Position numbers and translations under genes: made by a program
Shown: positions 40,096 to 50,975 of the stretch, one piece after another
How the letters are laid out: every line of letters starts with the position of its first letter
Position numbering within the stretch: the first letter of the stretch is position 1
Notes under the pieces: generated by a model
What the model was told of the DNA's origin: nothing
The model's input: only the letters and a program-made list of their open reading frames with translations
Databases searched by the model: none
Assembly: GCA_965245025.1 (NCBI GenBank)
Contig: CBDEYN010000001.1
Span: 1-61,650 of the forward strand
Length of the DNA: 61,650 nucleotides
Reading direction: 5' to 3'
From: an uncultured Candidatus Saccharibacteria bacterium
GTDB lineage: Bacteria; Patescibacteriota; Saccharimonadia; Saccharimonadales; Saccharimonadaceae

Positions 40096-40941
40096 TTAGG
40101 CTTCTTTGACGCCACAAACAACATTATTAGCGTGCACCCAACCTTCAACAGATCCACCATCGAGATATTGACCAGAGGTGGAAGCGACGCGCATGGTTTG
40201 ACCTTGCTTAATGTAATCATAGATTGGGTCAGTAATCATGTACTCCTGATCGGTTGGACCAAAATCGTGTTCATTGACGTAATTGACGATTTTTTGCAAT
40301 AAATCTGCAGAAAGAATATACTTACTGACATTAATCAGATTAGACGGAGCTTCTTCGACGGATGGTTTTTCGACCACATTGGTGAGCTTGCCATCCTGAA
40401 CCTCGAGCACCCCATATTTATCAACTTTTTCTTTAGGTATTTCGACACCTAAAATAGCCGAATCGGTTTCAGATTGAAGAGAATTAATCAGAGAAGTGGC
40501 AGCAGATTCGCCCTCTGGATTCCAGATGAAGTCATCACCCATATAGACAATCACTGGTTCGTTAAGACTATATTCTTCGGCAGCCATAGCGACGGGTACG
40601 GCGGTGCCATATTTGCTATTGGCGTCTTGAGCAATGTAATGGATTTTAACATGCTCTGGGAGAGTCTTAGTAAGAGCCACACGGTCACCCTTACCGCGCG
40701 AGATTAAATAATCATTCAGCACAATATTATCCGAGTAGAATTCGCGAACTTGGCAAGGTTCAGTATTACTGACCACCATATAGATATCAGTAACTCCGGC
40801 TTCAATGAGTTCTTGCACAGAGTAGTCGACGAGCGGGCGGTTACCAACTGGCAACATGGATTTTTCAATAACTTTAGTAATCGGTAGACGACGGGTACCC
40901 CATCCGGCCACAGGAATAATGGCTTTGGTAATTTTCTGCAT
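40096..40941 (-). CDS. galU: UTP--glucose-1-phosphate uridylyltransferase-like nucleotidyltransferase
   Basis: Motifs KAIIPVAGWGTRRLPITK, KSMLPV, GDD and VEKP. Confidence 0.78.
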   Translation of the reverse strand: MQKITKAIIPVAGWGTRRLPITKVIEKSMLPVGNRPLVDYSVQELIEAGVTDIYMVVSNTEPCQVREFYSDNIVLNDYLISRGKGDRVALTKTLPEHVKIHYIAQDANSKYGTAVPVAMAAEEYSLNEPVIVYMGDDFIWNPEGESAATSLINSLQSETDSAILGVEIPKEKVDKYGVLEVQDGKLTNVVEKPSVEEAPSNLINVSKYILSADLLQKIVNYVNEHDFGPTDQEYMITDPIYDYIKQGQTMRVASTSGQYLDGGSVEGWVHANNVVCGVKEA

Positions 40942-40996
40942 TTTTTCTCCTTTTCTGCATTATACCATATTTTCCCCAGTGGTCGACTAGGGACGG

Positions 40997-42610
40997 CTAT
41001 TTTAGCTCAATCAATGAGTCGCGCCAATACTCAGAATGCTCGCTAATTAAGAGGTCGGCGATAGTAGCGGCAATATTGGTGAGGCCGGCGTCAGGTAAGT
41101 TTTTTAACTGATAATGTTGACTAAACTCGGTATTATCATAAAAATAACAAGGGACGAGGTTAGTGGTATGTGAAGTTTTAGCCTGATGAGTAGTGGTATC
41201 AAAAAGCTCTTCCGCATTACCGTGATCGGCGGTAATTAACATCATGCCGCCTAGCTCATCAACCTTTTTCGCGAGGCGCTGAAGTTGTAAATCTATGGCT
41301 TCCATAGCAACCACGGTTGGTTCAAGTTCACCAAAATGCCCCACCATGTCACCACCGGCAAAGTTAATCCGCACAAAATCAAAATTAGCCATTTTTTCGA
41401 TAACGGCGTCGGTAATTTCCGCGGACTTCATCCAAGGACGCTCGTTGTAGGGACGCGTATCGGATTTAATTTCAAGAAATTCTTCACCTGGCAGAGGTTC
41501 ATAACTATTGCCGTTAAAGTAGTAGGTGATGTGGCCAAACTTGGCAGTTTCAGAACAGGCTAACTGGGTAAGATTTTTAGCTGCCAAATATTCATGCAAG
41601 GTGTGATGAATTTCGACTGGTGCGACCAAGGTATGCTCCGGGAAATGACGATCCACATCATATTCGGTGAGACTGACAAAATAAATCGGTAATTTTTGAT
41701 TTTGTTCGGTGCCACGATTAAAACCCGTAAAATCATCAAGACAGAAAGCTTCGGCAATTTCGAGGGCGCGATCGGCACGAAAATCAAAATAGATAAAACT
41801 ATCGTGTGGCTGGACTAGGCCGACGGGACGCTTTTCCTGGTTCGTCACCACGAAAGTTGGAAGGTATTGATCCTGGAGGCTAGGGTCAGATGCTCGAAAA
41901 TGTTTAATCGCCGCGTCTGCAGAATTAAAGTAATGAGCGGCCTGACCATGGACTAAGGCTTGCCAGCCACGTTCCACGATTGACCAATCAGTTTGATAAC
42001 GGTCAGCAATGAAAACCATACGACCACCACCAGAGGCGATTTGAATATCGACGTCGAACTCTTTTTTAATCTCTGTGACCGCTTGATTGAACATAGCGAG
42101 ATATTTTTCAGCTGACTGCGGAGCCACATCGCGACCATCGAAGACCGCGTGTACACGCATGGTTTTGACGCCTGATTCGGCAGCGCGTCTTAGCATGGCA
42201 AATAGATGAGACAACTCACTATGTACGCCACCATCAGAGAAAATTCCGGAAAAATGTAGGGTGGACTGGTGGGTTTTGAGATTTTCGATAGCCCCCTGCC
42301 AAGCGCTGGATTGCCAGATTTCACCGGTAGAAAAAGCTTGATTAATTTTAGCGATACCCTGCTTAATAATTTGGCCACTACCGAGAGCATTATGTCCGAC
42401 TTCGGAATTCCCCATTTGACCAGCCAAGATACCCACCGCTTCACCGGAAGCTTGGAGAGCTAATTTCGGATAATTCTGTTCTAATTGATGCAAAAATTCC
42501 GTATAGGCTAGCGCCACGGCGTTGCCTTCGATTTCTTGACGGATACCCACTCCATCCATCACCACGAGGACGACTGGGCCGCTATAATTTTTCTTTGATT
42601 TTGTTTGCAT
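40997..42610 (-). CDS. gpmI: 2,3-bisphosphoglycerate-independent phosphoglycerate mutase
   Basis: Motifs VMDGVG, QMGNSEVGH, SDGGVHS, DGRD, FRADR, DMVGH and ADHGNAE. Confidence 0.96.
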   Translation of the reverse strand: MQTKSKKNYSGPVVLVVMDGVGIRQEIEGNAVALAYTEFLHQLEQNYPKLALQASGEAVGILAGQMGNSEVGHNALGSGQIIKQGIAKINQAFSTGEIWQSSAWQGAIENLKTHQSTLHFSGIFSDGGVHSELSHLFAMLRRAAESGVKTMRVHAVFDGRDVAPQSAEKYLAMFNQAVTEIKKEFDVDIQIASGGGRMVFIADRYQTDWSIVERGWQALVHGQAAHYFNSADAAIKHFRASDPSLQDQYLPTFVVTNQEKRPVGLVQPHDSFIYFDFRADRALEIAEAFCLDDFTGFNRGTEQNQKLPIYFVSLTEYDVDRHFPEHTLVAPVEIHHTLHEYLAAKNLTQLACSETAKFGHITYYFNGNSYEPLPGEEFLEIKSDTRPYNERPWMKSAEITDAVIEKMANFDFVRINFAGGDMVGHFGELEPTVVAMEAIDLQLQRLAKKVDELGGMMLITADHGNAEELFDTTTHQAKTSHTTNLVPCYFYDNTEFSQHYQLKNLPDAGLTNIAATIADLLISEHSEYWRDSLIELK

Positions 42611-42634
42611 GACTCACCCTTTTTTATTGCTTAA

Positions 42635-43447
42635 TTAATGTGTTTGATTTTCGGCAGCAGAGGCCAGGACATTTTCGAATAGTACGCCAATAGTGAGTGG
42701 ACCCACACCGCCAATCTTCGGTGTGATAGCAGAAATATCAGTACGAGCGCGAATTTCATCATTGATATCACCGAGAATCACTCCACCTTCACTGGCGGTA
42801 CCGGCATCAACAATCACCGCCCCCTCGCGAATCATTTCAGAAATAATGAGGTGAGGATTGCCCGTAGCAGTAATAATCACATCGTGATTTTTAAGTTCAG
42901 AAAAATCAGATCCACGATGAAAAACCGAAACGCGAAGATTGGAATTAGTGAACATACGAATGAGCGGTTCACCCACCAAGCGGCCACGACCGACAATGGC
43001 GATAGATTTATTATTCAGTTCGATACCGTAGCCAGTGAGCAGCCAGTTAATCGCCGTAGCCGTAGCGCTATCAAAACGACTTTTACCAGTCAAACCATCG
43101 ACGTCTTTTTCGGGAGCGATCAGGGAGACCAGCTCCTCAGTCCACTCAGGATTTTGCAGTGGAAGTTGCAAAATTATCGAAGAGACAGAGGTGTCTTGAT
43201 TAGCGGATTCAATAGCCAATTGAATAGCTTCCTTGGTAGGATTTACTACTTGGTCAATTACTTCAATCTCAATATCTTCCCCGTAAGCTTTCTTGAGACT
43301 GACGTATTTTTCGATGACGGGATTATTTGAATCACGAATAATGACTAATTTCGGACGGACTTTACGTGAGCGGAGAGCCTTTACCTGATGAGCTTGGCGT
43401 TCCTTAATGAATCCGACTAATTCACGACCGTTTAATTCTTTAACCAT
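42635..43447 (-). CDS. folD: Methylenetetrahydrofolate dehydrogenase/cyclohydrolase
   Basis: Motifs YVSLK, LQLPL, PEKDVDGL, VGRGRLVG and TPKIGGVGPLT. Confidence 0.9.
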   Translation of the reverse strand: MVKELNGRELVGFIKERQAHQVKALRSRKVRPKLVIIRDSNNPVIEKYVSLKKAYGEDIEIEVIDQVVNPTKEAIQLAIESANQDTSVSSIILQLPLQNPEWTEELVSLIAPEKDVDGLTGKSRFDSATATAINWLLTGYGIELNNKSIAIVGRGRLVGEPLIRMFTNSNLRVSVFHRGSDFSELKNHDVIITATGNPHLIISEMIREGAVIVDAGTASEGGVILGDINDEIRARTDISAITPKIGGVGPLTIGVLFENVLASAAENQTH

Positions 43448-43455
43448 GAGACTCC

Positions 43456-44550
43456 TTACTTAATTTCGTCTGGTTCTTGCTCAATCTTTAAGCCAAATTT
43501 ATCGAAGACAATTTTTGCAATTTCGGCACGAGCGGCGGCAAGGTCGGCATAGGTTTCGGCAGATTCGTTAATCAAAATTAGAGCGGCCTTTTCACTGACT
43601 TTCATACCATGGAAGACCTGACCTTTAAGACCAGCATGTTCGAGAAGCCAGCCAGAGTTGACTAAGTTAGTACGTTTTTCTGGAGAATCTGGACCGACTT
43701 CTTTGGCATTGCGCCAAACTTCGATACCACGTGCCTCGGCCTCGTCAGCCTCTTCGTCAGTGAGGTAAATATTCTTGAAGAAACTACCAGCACTAGCGAT
43801 TTTTTCTGGATCTGGCAGCTTAGAATTTCTCACTTCGCGAACCATACGAGCGATGTTGGTTGGTGAAAAATCAGTCTCTTGATGTTCGTCCACATAAGCT
43901 TGCAAGGAGCGGTAGAATGGTGGATTGAGTTGACCTTTTTTCAAACGAATCACGATGGAATAAATAAAGTAACGACCCACACTTTCGCCAGAATTAAAGA
44001 TGGACTTGCGGTAGCTCATTTGCATATCTTCGGCGAGGATGGTTTTAAAAGTTTTTTCCTTCAAATCGTAAACATCAGCAGAAACAATCACCTGCGTGAC
44101 TTCCTGACCATAGGCACCGATGTTCTGAACTGGAGAGGCACCAGCGGTACCTGGAATGCCAGCCATGGCTTCGATACCAGAATAACCAAGAGCAGCGGTG
44201 AAATTGACTAAAGAGTCCCAGATTTCACCACCATTAGCGCGAAAATAACCATAACCTTCTTTTTCGGCTTCAGTTTTTACATCTGCGCCATAGGCGGCTT
44301 CAATTTCCTCCGCAGAAAGCTGTGAAATACCGAGAATGCGATCGAGCAGGATCACACCTTGGTAGCCTTCGTCGGTAGCAAAGGTATTAGCACCATTACC
44401 AAGAATGGTGACCGGAAGATTTTTTTCAGCGGCGAATTGATAGGCTTCTGGAATTTCATCTTTAGACTTGATCTCGATAACATATTTAGCTGGACCACCA
44501 ATGCGCATGGTGACAAGATTTTTAATCGGGACATTTTCAGAAATTAACAT
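43456..44550 (-). CDS. murB: UDP-N-acetylmuramate dehydrogenase
   Basis: Motifs TMRIGGPA, GIPGTAGASPVQNIGAYG, SYRKSIF and SAGSFFKN. Confidence 0.93.
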   Translation of the reverse strand: MLISENVPIKNLVTMRIGGPAKYVIEIKSKDEIPEAYQFAAEKNLPVTILGNGANTFATDEGYQGVILLDRILGISQLSAEEIEAAYGADVKTEAEKEGYGYFRANGGEIWDSLVNFTAALGYSGIEAMAGIPGTAGASPVQNIGAYGQEVTQVIVSADVYDLKEKTFKTILAEDMQMSYRKSIFNSGESVGRYFIYSIVIRLKKGQLNPPFYRSLQAYVDEHQETDFSPTNIARMVREVRNSKLPDPEKIASAGSFFKNIYLTDEEADEAEARGIEVWRNAKEVGPDSPEKRTNLVNSGWLLEHAGLKGQVFHGMKVSEKAALILINESAETYADLAAARAEIAKIVFDKFGLKIEQEPDEIK

Positions 44551-44666
44551 TTATTCTCCTTGTTTTTATTAAGTTTAACAATGGTTTAAAATTCAAAAAT
44601 AACTAAATCATTACTTTTATTTTAACATAAACAAATCCCGACCTCTCATGTTAAAATAGATAAGTA

Positions 44667-45392
44667 ATGTTTGAATTTCATGAAGTATTCAGGTTTGTAA
44701 GCTTCTGGTTTTTGATGTTCATAATTTATTCTTTTGTCGGCTGGGTCTTCGAATGTATTTGGACGAGTGTCGAGCAACGAAAATTACAGAACCGAGGTTT
44801 CCTTTTCGGACCAATCTGTCCAATATATGGCGTGGGAATGATCTCATTTTTAATCCTGACACAAGAGATTCATTTCGAATGGTATATTGAGTTTTTTATT
44901 TTTGCTCTAATCTGCACGGTGATTGAATACACCACAAGTGTGATAATGGAAAAAATCTTTCGGGTGCGTTGGTGGGACTACTCAGAAACCACACGCTTCA
45001 ACCTAAACGGCCGCGTCTCGCTCGAAACTTCTCTTGGTTTTGGTCTGGGTGGGATGGCAATTAAATACGGCTTGCATCCATTCATTCTACATTTGATTTC
45101 ACCACTTTCCTGGCCAATGATTGAATCGATTAATGGGGTACTACTGACAATTTTGGTGATTGATATTATTTTTACCACTGTGGCGACTTTGAAATTACGT
45201 GATAAATTCAGTGCCAAATTTGGCTCTACCAAAATTGATGTAACCTCAGAAATTAAAAAGCTAACCCGTGAATATTATTCGCGTGCAGCTAGATTTAAAC
45301 GTCACATGACGAAAGCGGCAATTAAAAATATCCAAAAAACTCAAGAAAATATTGGCAACAAAATTAATTCGATTACTAAATCGAAGAAATAA
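44667..45392 (+). CDS. Putative ABC-transporter type IV permease-family (CmpB/DUF1113-like) membrane protein
   Basis: Motifs FIIYSFVGWVFE, NRGFLFGPICPIYG, RWWDYS and FNLNGRV. Confidence 0.8.
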   Translation: MFEFHEVFRFVSFWFLMFIIYSFVGWVFECIWTSVEQRKLQNRGFLFGPICPIYGVGMISFLILTQEIHFEWYIEFFIFALICTVIEYTTSVIMEKIFRVRWWDYSETTRFNLNGRVSLETSLGFGLGGMAIKYGLHPFILHLISPLSWPMIESINGVLLTILVIDIIFTTVATLKLRDKFSAKFGSTKIDVTSEIKKLTREYYSRAARFKRHMTKAAIKNIQKTQENIGNKINSITKSKK

Positions 45393-45455
45393 CTTCTATA
45401 GGTTAACTATTTTGTAAGAAGGTTTTTCTAATATTCATCATTTTGAGGTAATGGT

Positions 45456-47093
45456 CTATTCTAGATTGAGATATTTCTCAAAATGTGAAAGATAATAAGT
45501 GGTAAAATCCGAACGAAACTTTCGGCGCAATTCTTTGATAAAACTTGATTCCTTACCGTCAACGGTGAGTAAAATTACCTGTTTTTTGGCACGGGTGAGA
45601 GCGACGTAGAAGAGACGGCGTTCTTCATTGGCTGAAGCCTGGTCTAGCCCTAATTCTTCTGCAATTTTAACTAGCTCGGTTTTAAGTGGCGTATCCTTAA
45701 CGTGAGCTGGAAAGCCCAGCTTAGCTTCGCGATTATTGAGAAGAATCACATAATCAGCTTCGAGACCCTTAGATTGGTGTACGGTGAGAAAACGGATTTT
45801 TAAGTCCGGTCGCGGACGGAACACTACGCCGTTAGAGCTTAAATTAAACTGCGTGCAGTGCAGAAGACGAAACTGATCCACATTGAAACGACCGAGTAAT
45901 AAAATCGAACTGTATTCTGGAAGAGACTTAAAATAATGCGTGAGCACTTCTAAGTCTAGCCGTTCCGAATCGCCACAAATTTCGACGACGGGCTCTAATA
46001 AGTCTTCCTTTTGGCTTTGAATTTGTTTTCGAATCTGTGCGCGGTCCTGCATAATAAAATTCGAGCTTAATTTCGCGAGTGTGGGACCAAAACGATAAGT
46101 TTTCGAGATGCGATGCAAGGAAAAATCACCCCAGAATTTACGGAAATTCAGAGTAAAATCGACGCGACTACCGCTAAAACCATAAATGGCCTGCCAGTCG
46201 TCGCCCACGGCGAACAGATTCGCCTGTGAGGATTCGATAAGAAGACGCAAAAATTCCTGACGCAGAGCCGAGAGATCCTGATATTCGTCGACAATAATAT
46301 AGCGAAACCGAGTTTTAATCTGGCCGGAACGAAGATACCGAATTGCTAATTTGATCAGTCCAGAAAACGTAGTCTGGTGTTTTTCTAGGAGACTGGATAA
46401 TTCCCTTTGATATTTTTCGGAAACCGTAAGAAATAATTTACGGTATTCCTCTGAAGAAAATTTACTAGCAATCTGTACTACGGTCTCGGGTGCCAATTCA
46501 TGCAGATCGAGAAATTCGCGAATAATCGAAGTCTGTATGGTAAGTTCATCAGAGCCAGAAATTACATTATCAGCTATTTCCGAAACGGGCTGCTCGTCAT
46601 CTATTTCATTTGTAGTAACGGAAAAATCTGGCCAAAGACTACGAAGTAATTTCAAAGCCAAACTATGAAAGGTCTCAATCGTAATATCGGGCGGTGGAGA
46701 TTTTCTGAGCAAAATCTGTTCCGCAAATGTTTGATAGTATTCGCGTAAAAAACGTTCTCTGAGTTCCGTGGCGGAATCATGAGTAAAAGATAAAACTAGA
46801 ATTTCCGGTGGACTAGCGAAACCATATTGCAGGAGATAGAGAATTTTGCCGAGAATGGTGGTAGTTTTGCCAGAACCAGCACTAGCTACGGTTAGATTAA
46901 ATCTGGCAGGATCATAAATAGCTTTGCGTTGCTCACTGTCGAGTGGATGATTTTCGACACGAAAATCCGGGGGCAGAGTATCGAGGGATTTGTTACTAGA
47001 TTGACGAGCGGAAAAACGCGCCGATGAAATATTTGATATGTGGTCAACTTCGGTTTTTTCGAATATGTTTTTGATTGTTAGATTTTTTGACAT
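45456..47093 (-). CDS. UvrD-family helicase, helicase IV (HelD)-like and compact
   Basis: Motifs ASAGSGKTT, TFHSL, VDEYQD, AVGDDWQAIYGFSGS, TYRF, TVHQSKGLEAD and EERRLFYVALTRA. Confidence 0.85.
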   Translation of the reverse strand: MSKNLTIKNIFEKTEVDHISNISSARFSARQSSNKSLDTLPPDFRVENHPLDSEQRKAIYDPARFNLTVASAGSGKTTTILGKILYLLQYGFASPPEILVLSFTHDSATELRERFLREYYQTFAEQILLRKSPPPDITIETFHSLALKLLRSLWPDFSVTTNEIDDEQPVSEIADNVISGSDELTIQTSIIREFLDLHELAPETVVQIASKFSSEEYRKLFLTVSEKYQRELSSLLEKHQTTFSGLIKLAIRYLRSGQIKTRFRYIIVDEYQDLSALRQEFLRLLIESSQANLFAVGDDWQAIYGFSGSRVDFTLNFRKFWGDFSLHRISKTYRFGPTLAKLSSNFIMQDRAQIRKQIQSQKEDLLEPVVEICGDSERLDLEVLTHYFKSLPEYSSILLLGRFNVDQFRLLHCTQFNLSSNGVVFRPRPDLKIRFLTVHQSKGLEADYVILLNNREAKLGFPAHVKDTPLKTELVKIAEELGLDQASANEERRLFYVALTRAKKQVILLTVDGKESSFIKELRRKFRSDFTTYYLSHFEKYLNLE

Positions 47094-47251
47094 ATTTGGC
47101 TCCTTTTTGATTTAAGAGCCAAGATTATTTGAAAATTAAGAAAACAGCGGGTGTGACAGGAATTTTAAAAAATCTGAATCCTTATTCAAGAACTACCGTG
47201 CTAATAATTAATTTAACAAAAAATCATAGCTCTCACTATGATCTAATCTTG

Positions 47252-47337
47252 TGGTGCCCGAAACAGGACTTGAACCTGCACCTAGAAGCTAGACTAGCAC
47301 CTGAAGCTAGCGCGTCTGCCAATTCCGCCATTCGGGC
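47252..47337 (-). tRNA. tRNA-Leu(CAG)
   Basis: GCCCGAA acceptor stem, CTAGC-TTCAGGT-GCTAG anticodon arm, long variable arm, GGTTCAAGTCC and encoded CCA. Confidence 0.96.
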
Positions 47338-47383
47338 TTGAGATAATTATACCCCAAACCCGACGGTTCGTGAACTAGAGATT

Positions 47384-50300
47384 TTACATACCCTTTATTT
47401 GTTTACCAGTAGAAGCATTAAAGATGTCGCCTCGGTCATTAGTATAGAAGATTTGACCGGACGCATCTTTGGTTTGTGTGTATTTGCCAAAATCTGCAGG
47501 TGGATTATAGACAGTAGCAGAACCACCGCTTCGGAGATTAATGGTGGATTTTTGAGCTTCGTCAATATATTTACCCTGAGCCGCGAGTACTTTTTCTTGC
47601 TTGATACCATCAAAGTCGGCGATGAGATTTGGATCTTTAAGCGAAGCGGCAGCAAGCGTATTGAAGGCATTATCAAGATTAGTTGTATCTGCTCCTGATT
47701 TATACATTTGATCAACTTCAAACTTGGTAATTTTCTGCAAGTTATCTGAATTCATATCTTCAAGAGTTTTACTAATACCATTAGAGAATGTACTACCCAT
47801 AAGACCAGACCGAACATCAGTATCAGAAGTATCCCCACCGCCATTGACGTAGCTACTAAACTGATTGTTCATAACTTGATACTTATCAGCTAAGCCGGGA
47901 GTCTGAAGGACAGCATGAGCAATCTGACCAAAGGCACGGTTAGAGAGTCGCATGTCTTTGCTACTGGCGATCTGCGACTCAAAAGCTTTTTTACCGGCCT
48001 TAGTCGACATAAGACTTTTAGTAAGTGAGCGAATTAGACTATCATTGGCATTCTTCTCTGTATCGGTCATCTTAGTATAGTCTGCTGCACTGGCATCTTT
48101 GAGCTTACCTATCATATCGTCTGGTGTATATCCTTTACTATCAAAGAGCATCATATTATTCTTATCTTCTGCTTCCATGAGTTCATTCTGAGCAGCCGCT
48201 TGAAGACCAGCAAAACCAGCACCCTCATAATTACTAAGGGCAATACCTGCAGCAGATCTTCCGCCTGCACGCATTTTAGCATCTTTCATCAAGATGTTGG
48301 CCGACTCAGACTGACGCCTCTTTTGTGCAGTAGATAATGTGCCACCACGTTCTTCGATATTCCTATAGCGCCTTAGTCTATTTGCGGCACGATTAACGTC
48401 TTGATCAGCACGATAATCACTTTTAAGATTTTTATAAAACTCTGATGCGGCGATAGCTCCTCCAGCCATACCAACCCCTTTGAGTGCACCTGCACGCATT
48501 TTATCGAAGCCGGCAGTAATAGCCCCAAGACCAGCAAGAGATTTGGAGGTTAGAGACGGTATAGCAAAATACGGAAGTACATTTAAGAGGCCGCCGACGA
48601 TTAGCATTAATACATCCTGACTTGTACCAACAATGATTGAAGAAGCCAGAGCACCAGCAGACGTAGCGAAAAGAAATATTGGGTAAAGCATAAGAAGAGC
48701 CTTGACCGTAGATATATATTTTTTAGTTAAGACTGCGGTATTCGGGAGAGCATATAGCACCATAGCAAGTGGGGCAAGTACAACTACCATAATAATAGCG
48801 GCTTGACGAATAGTTAGCATAATAAATCCGAAGAAGACAGAAATTAATGAGGTAACAATAAACATTACTACAGGGAGAATAAGAGCCGGACCAGTAACAA
48901 CGGCCGCTGCAACACCAACTCCACCAGCTGCAGTCGTAACTACACCTGCGATTGTAGTAATAGTAGCCGAGGCCCTAGCCGAAGCATCGGCGTCCATTCC
49001 ATCAGCAGCCACCGATCTAATAAGTACACCAATTCCGTTTCCTACAATCTGCGAAAGGTCAATTAGCACACCCATAATTAGATATGAGAAATTAACTAAA
49101 ATTGCGGTAATGATAAGTTTAGGTAAGATTTTCTTAATGTTGTAATTAGAAATACCGATATTAGTCACCTGAGAAAATACCACTACGAGCAGCATAATCA
49201 CAAAACCGATATTCGCAATATTACGGAAGGCAGACCAGGCCTTATAAATAGATGAATCCTGCTTAGAGAATTGCTCGATAATAGAAGTATGTACGGTAGT
49301 AAGGGCAGTAATAGACCCTAAGAGACCACTAGCCGTAGCCGCACCATCGGCAATGGCCGGACAAAGCATCCAGGATAGAAAACCACCGTTTTCCTGACAG
49401 TAACTTTGCTTTTCAGCAGTAGTCTCTTCAGAAATTTGGCTATCTTCGCCTTCAACATCATCTTCGAGATTAACATCTGTATTAAAATTGGCTGTCTCTA
49501 GACATTTTTTACTGCCATTGGAATCGGTAGTAGTAAAATCATCATTATCTATAGCTTTGGATAATGCTTTATATTCATTGTCTTCTTCAGCAGATAAAGT
49601 TTCCGCTTTGTTGTAAATTCTATCTTCATAGTATTCTCTAATTTTTCTAGCTTTATCCTTCATCTCAGCAGTGTTACATGGCTTAAGATTCTGAGTCTCA
49701 AGACATTTTTTCCCACCATTTCCATCATCTATATAAAAGTTATCCTCTTTTATTGCCTTTAATAAAGTATCAAACTCCTCTTTAGAGACCTGCATTTTGC
49801 TTTCAGATTTTGGCGAAGTTAAGGGGACTAGTCCCTTTATATATGATGAGTCTCTTTTTTCAGATTCTTGGTTATTGATATACGCATTAACAATTTCTTG
49901 AGCACGTGCTTTATATTCTTTATTGTTACATGGTGTATTTAGAGTATTATCCTTTGCTACTTTAATACTTTTTAAGTAGTCGTCAGCTGTATTATTAATA
50001 ATGTCTGCCAATTTTCTGCAGGTTAAATTGTTACCAGCTTGATAATAATTGGAAGAATTAGCTCCAGATGGACTATAGCCTACTTTTTCTGGATCATCTT
50101 CCCTCAAATATGGATATACATTGGTTAAAACACCATCATCATTAATTCTTTTTATCATAAAATCATAATATTTTGCGGGATCCTCATTTGGACGTTTTTC
50201 AACAAAATCTTCTTCGTGTCCACTCTTCATGCAGCCCATCCTAAAGGCCTTGTAAGCTGCTGCATATTTAACGGTTTGACTCTCATTGCCTTTTTTAGAT

Positions 50301-50974
50301 TGATCTATTTCTGGAGCCAATCCACTTTTTTGTTTTTTGGCCCAATCCTCATATATTTGATTTATATATGACCTACCGTCAGCATCAGCTGCTGATGCTT
50401 CAGGATTATAATATTTAATGAATTCAGGATTTTTACTTTTCAGCATTTCACCGCACGAACCTTCTTTAAATTCATATGAATAATGTGGGAAGAAAAGTCC
50501 AGAGGTTCCATCTGGCTTACAAAATAACTTCTCTATACTTCCAATATTAAAGGTCTGCATGAATAATTTGGTCAAATTCATTTTTTCACCACTATCAGAA
50601 GTACCCTCTTCACTACAATAAATCTTGCCATTTCGATCACTATAATTAATTGATCTTTCAATATCGAGCGTAGTACTTACAGAGGTTTTTCCAAAGAACA
50701 AGTTATTATTCAATTTCGCTATAAGACCTGGATTCGTATACCCACTATCTCCATTAACTTCATCTACATGCGTCCAAATGTCGCTTAGCTGAAAACATGT
50801 CATAAAAGCATTTTTAATTTCGACTGCCTTAGCAATTCTATTGGATTCATTTATGGTGGCATTCATCCCAACTGGCTTTGCAGCTAATACCAAGGATGAT
50901 GAAAACAAAACAACATTTGTCAAAATTAAAACAACTAGACTTAGTGAGGCAATCCTGTATTTTTTCATTTTCAT
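47384..50974 (-). CDS. Large VirB6/TrbL-like polytopic membrane protein with a long extracellular N-terminal region
   Basis: Signal-like N-terminus and Cys-rich ectodomain. Core AWSAFRNIANIGFVI..SQ..ISNYNIKKILPKL..ILVNFS and RQAAII..V.APLA..Y.LPNT with multiple TMs. Family assignment is from recalled motifs. Confidence 0.7.
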   Translation of the reverse strand: MKMKKYRIASLSLVVLILTNVVLFSSSLVLAAKPVGMNATINESNRIAKAVEIKNAFMTCFQLSDIWTHVDEVNGDSGYTNPGLIAKLNNNLFFGKTSVSTTLDIERSINYSDRNGKIYCSEEGTSDSGEKMNLTKLFMQTFNIGSIEKLFCKPDGTSGLFFPHYSYEFKEGSCGEMLKSKNPEFIKYYNPEASAADADGRSYINQIYEDWAKKQKSGLAPEIDQSKKGNESQTVKYAAAYKAFRMGCMKSGHEEDFVEKRPNEDPAKYYDFMIKRINDDGVLTNVYPYLREDDPEKVGYSPSGANSSNYYQAGNNLTCRKLADIINNTADDYLKSIKVAKDNTLNTPCNNKEYKARAQEIVNAYINNQESEKRDSSYIKGLVPLTSPKSESKMQVSKEEFDTLLKAIKEDNFYIDDGNGGKKCLETQNLKPCNTAEMKDKARKIREYYEDRIYNKAETLSAEEDNEYKALSKAIDNDDFTTTDSNGSKKCLETANFNTDVNLEDDVEGEDSQISEETTAEKQSYCQENGGFLSWMLCPAIADGAATASGLLGSITALTTVHTSIIEQFSKQDSSIYKAWSAFRNIANIGFVIMLLVVVFSQVTNIGISNYNIKKILPKLIITAILVNFSYLIMGVLIDLSQIVGNGIGVLIRSVAADGMDADASARASATITTIAGVVTTAAGGVGVAAAVVTGPALILPVVMFIVTSLISVFFGFIMLTIRQAAIIMVVVLAPLAMVLYALPNTAVLTKKYISTVKALLMLYPIFLFATSAGALASSIIVGTSQDVLMLIVGGLLNVLPYFAIPSLTSKSLAGLGAITAGFDKMRAGALKGVGMAGGAIAASEFYKNLKSDYRADQDVNRAANRLRRYRNIEERGGTLSTAQKRRQSESANILMKDAKMRAGGRSAAGIALSNYEGAGFAGLQAAAQNELMEAEDKNNMMLFDSKGYTPDDMIGKLKDASAADYTKMTDTEKNANDSLIRSLTKSLMSTKAGKKAFESQIASSKDMRLSNRAFGQIAHAVLQTPGLADKYQVMNNQFSSYVNGGGDTSDTDVRSGLMGSTFSNGISKTLEDMNSDNLQKITKFEVDQMYKSGADTTNLDNAFNTLAAASLKDPNLIADFDGIKQEKVLAAQGKYIDEAQKSTINLRSGGSATVYNPPADFGKYTQTKDASGQIFYTNDRGDIFNASTGKQIKGM

Positions 50975-50975
50975 C

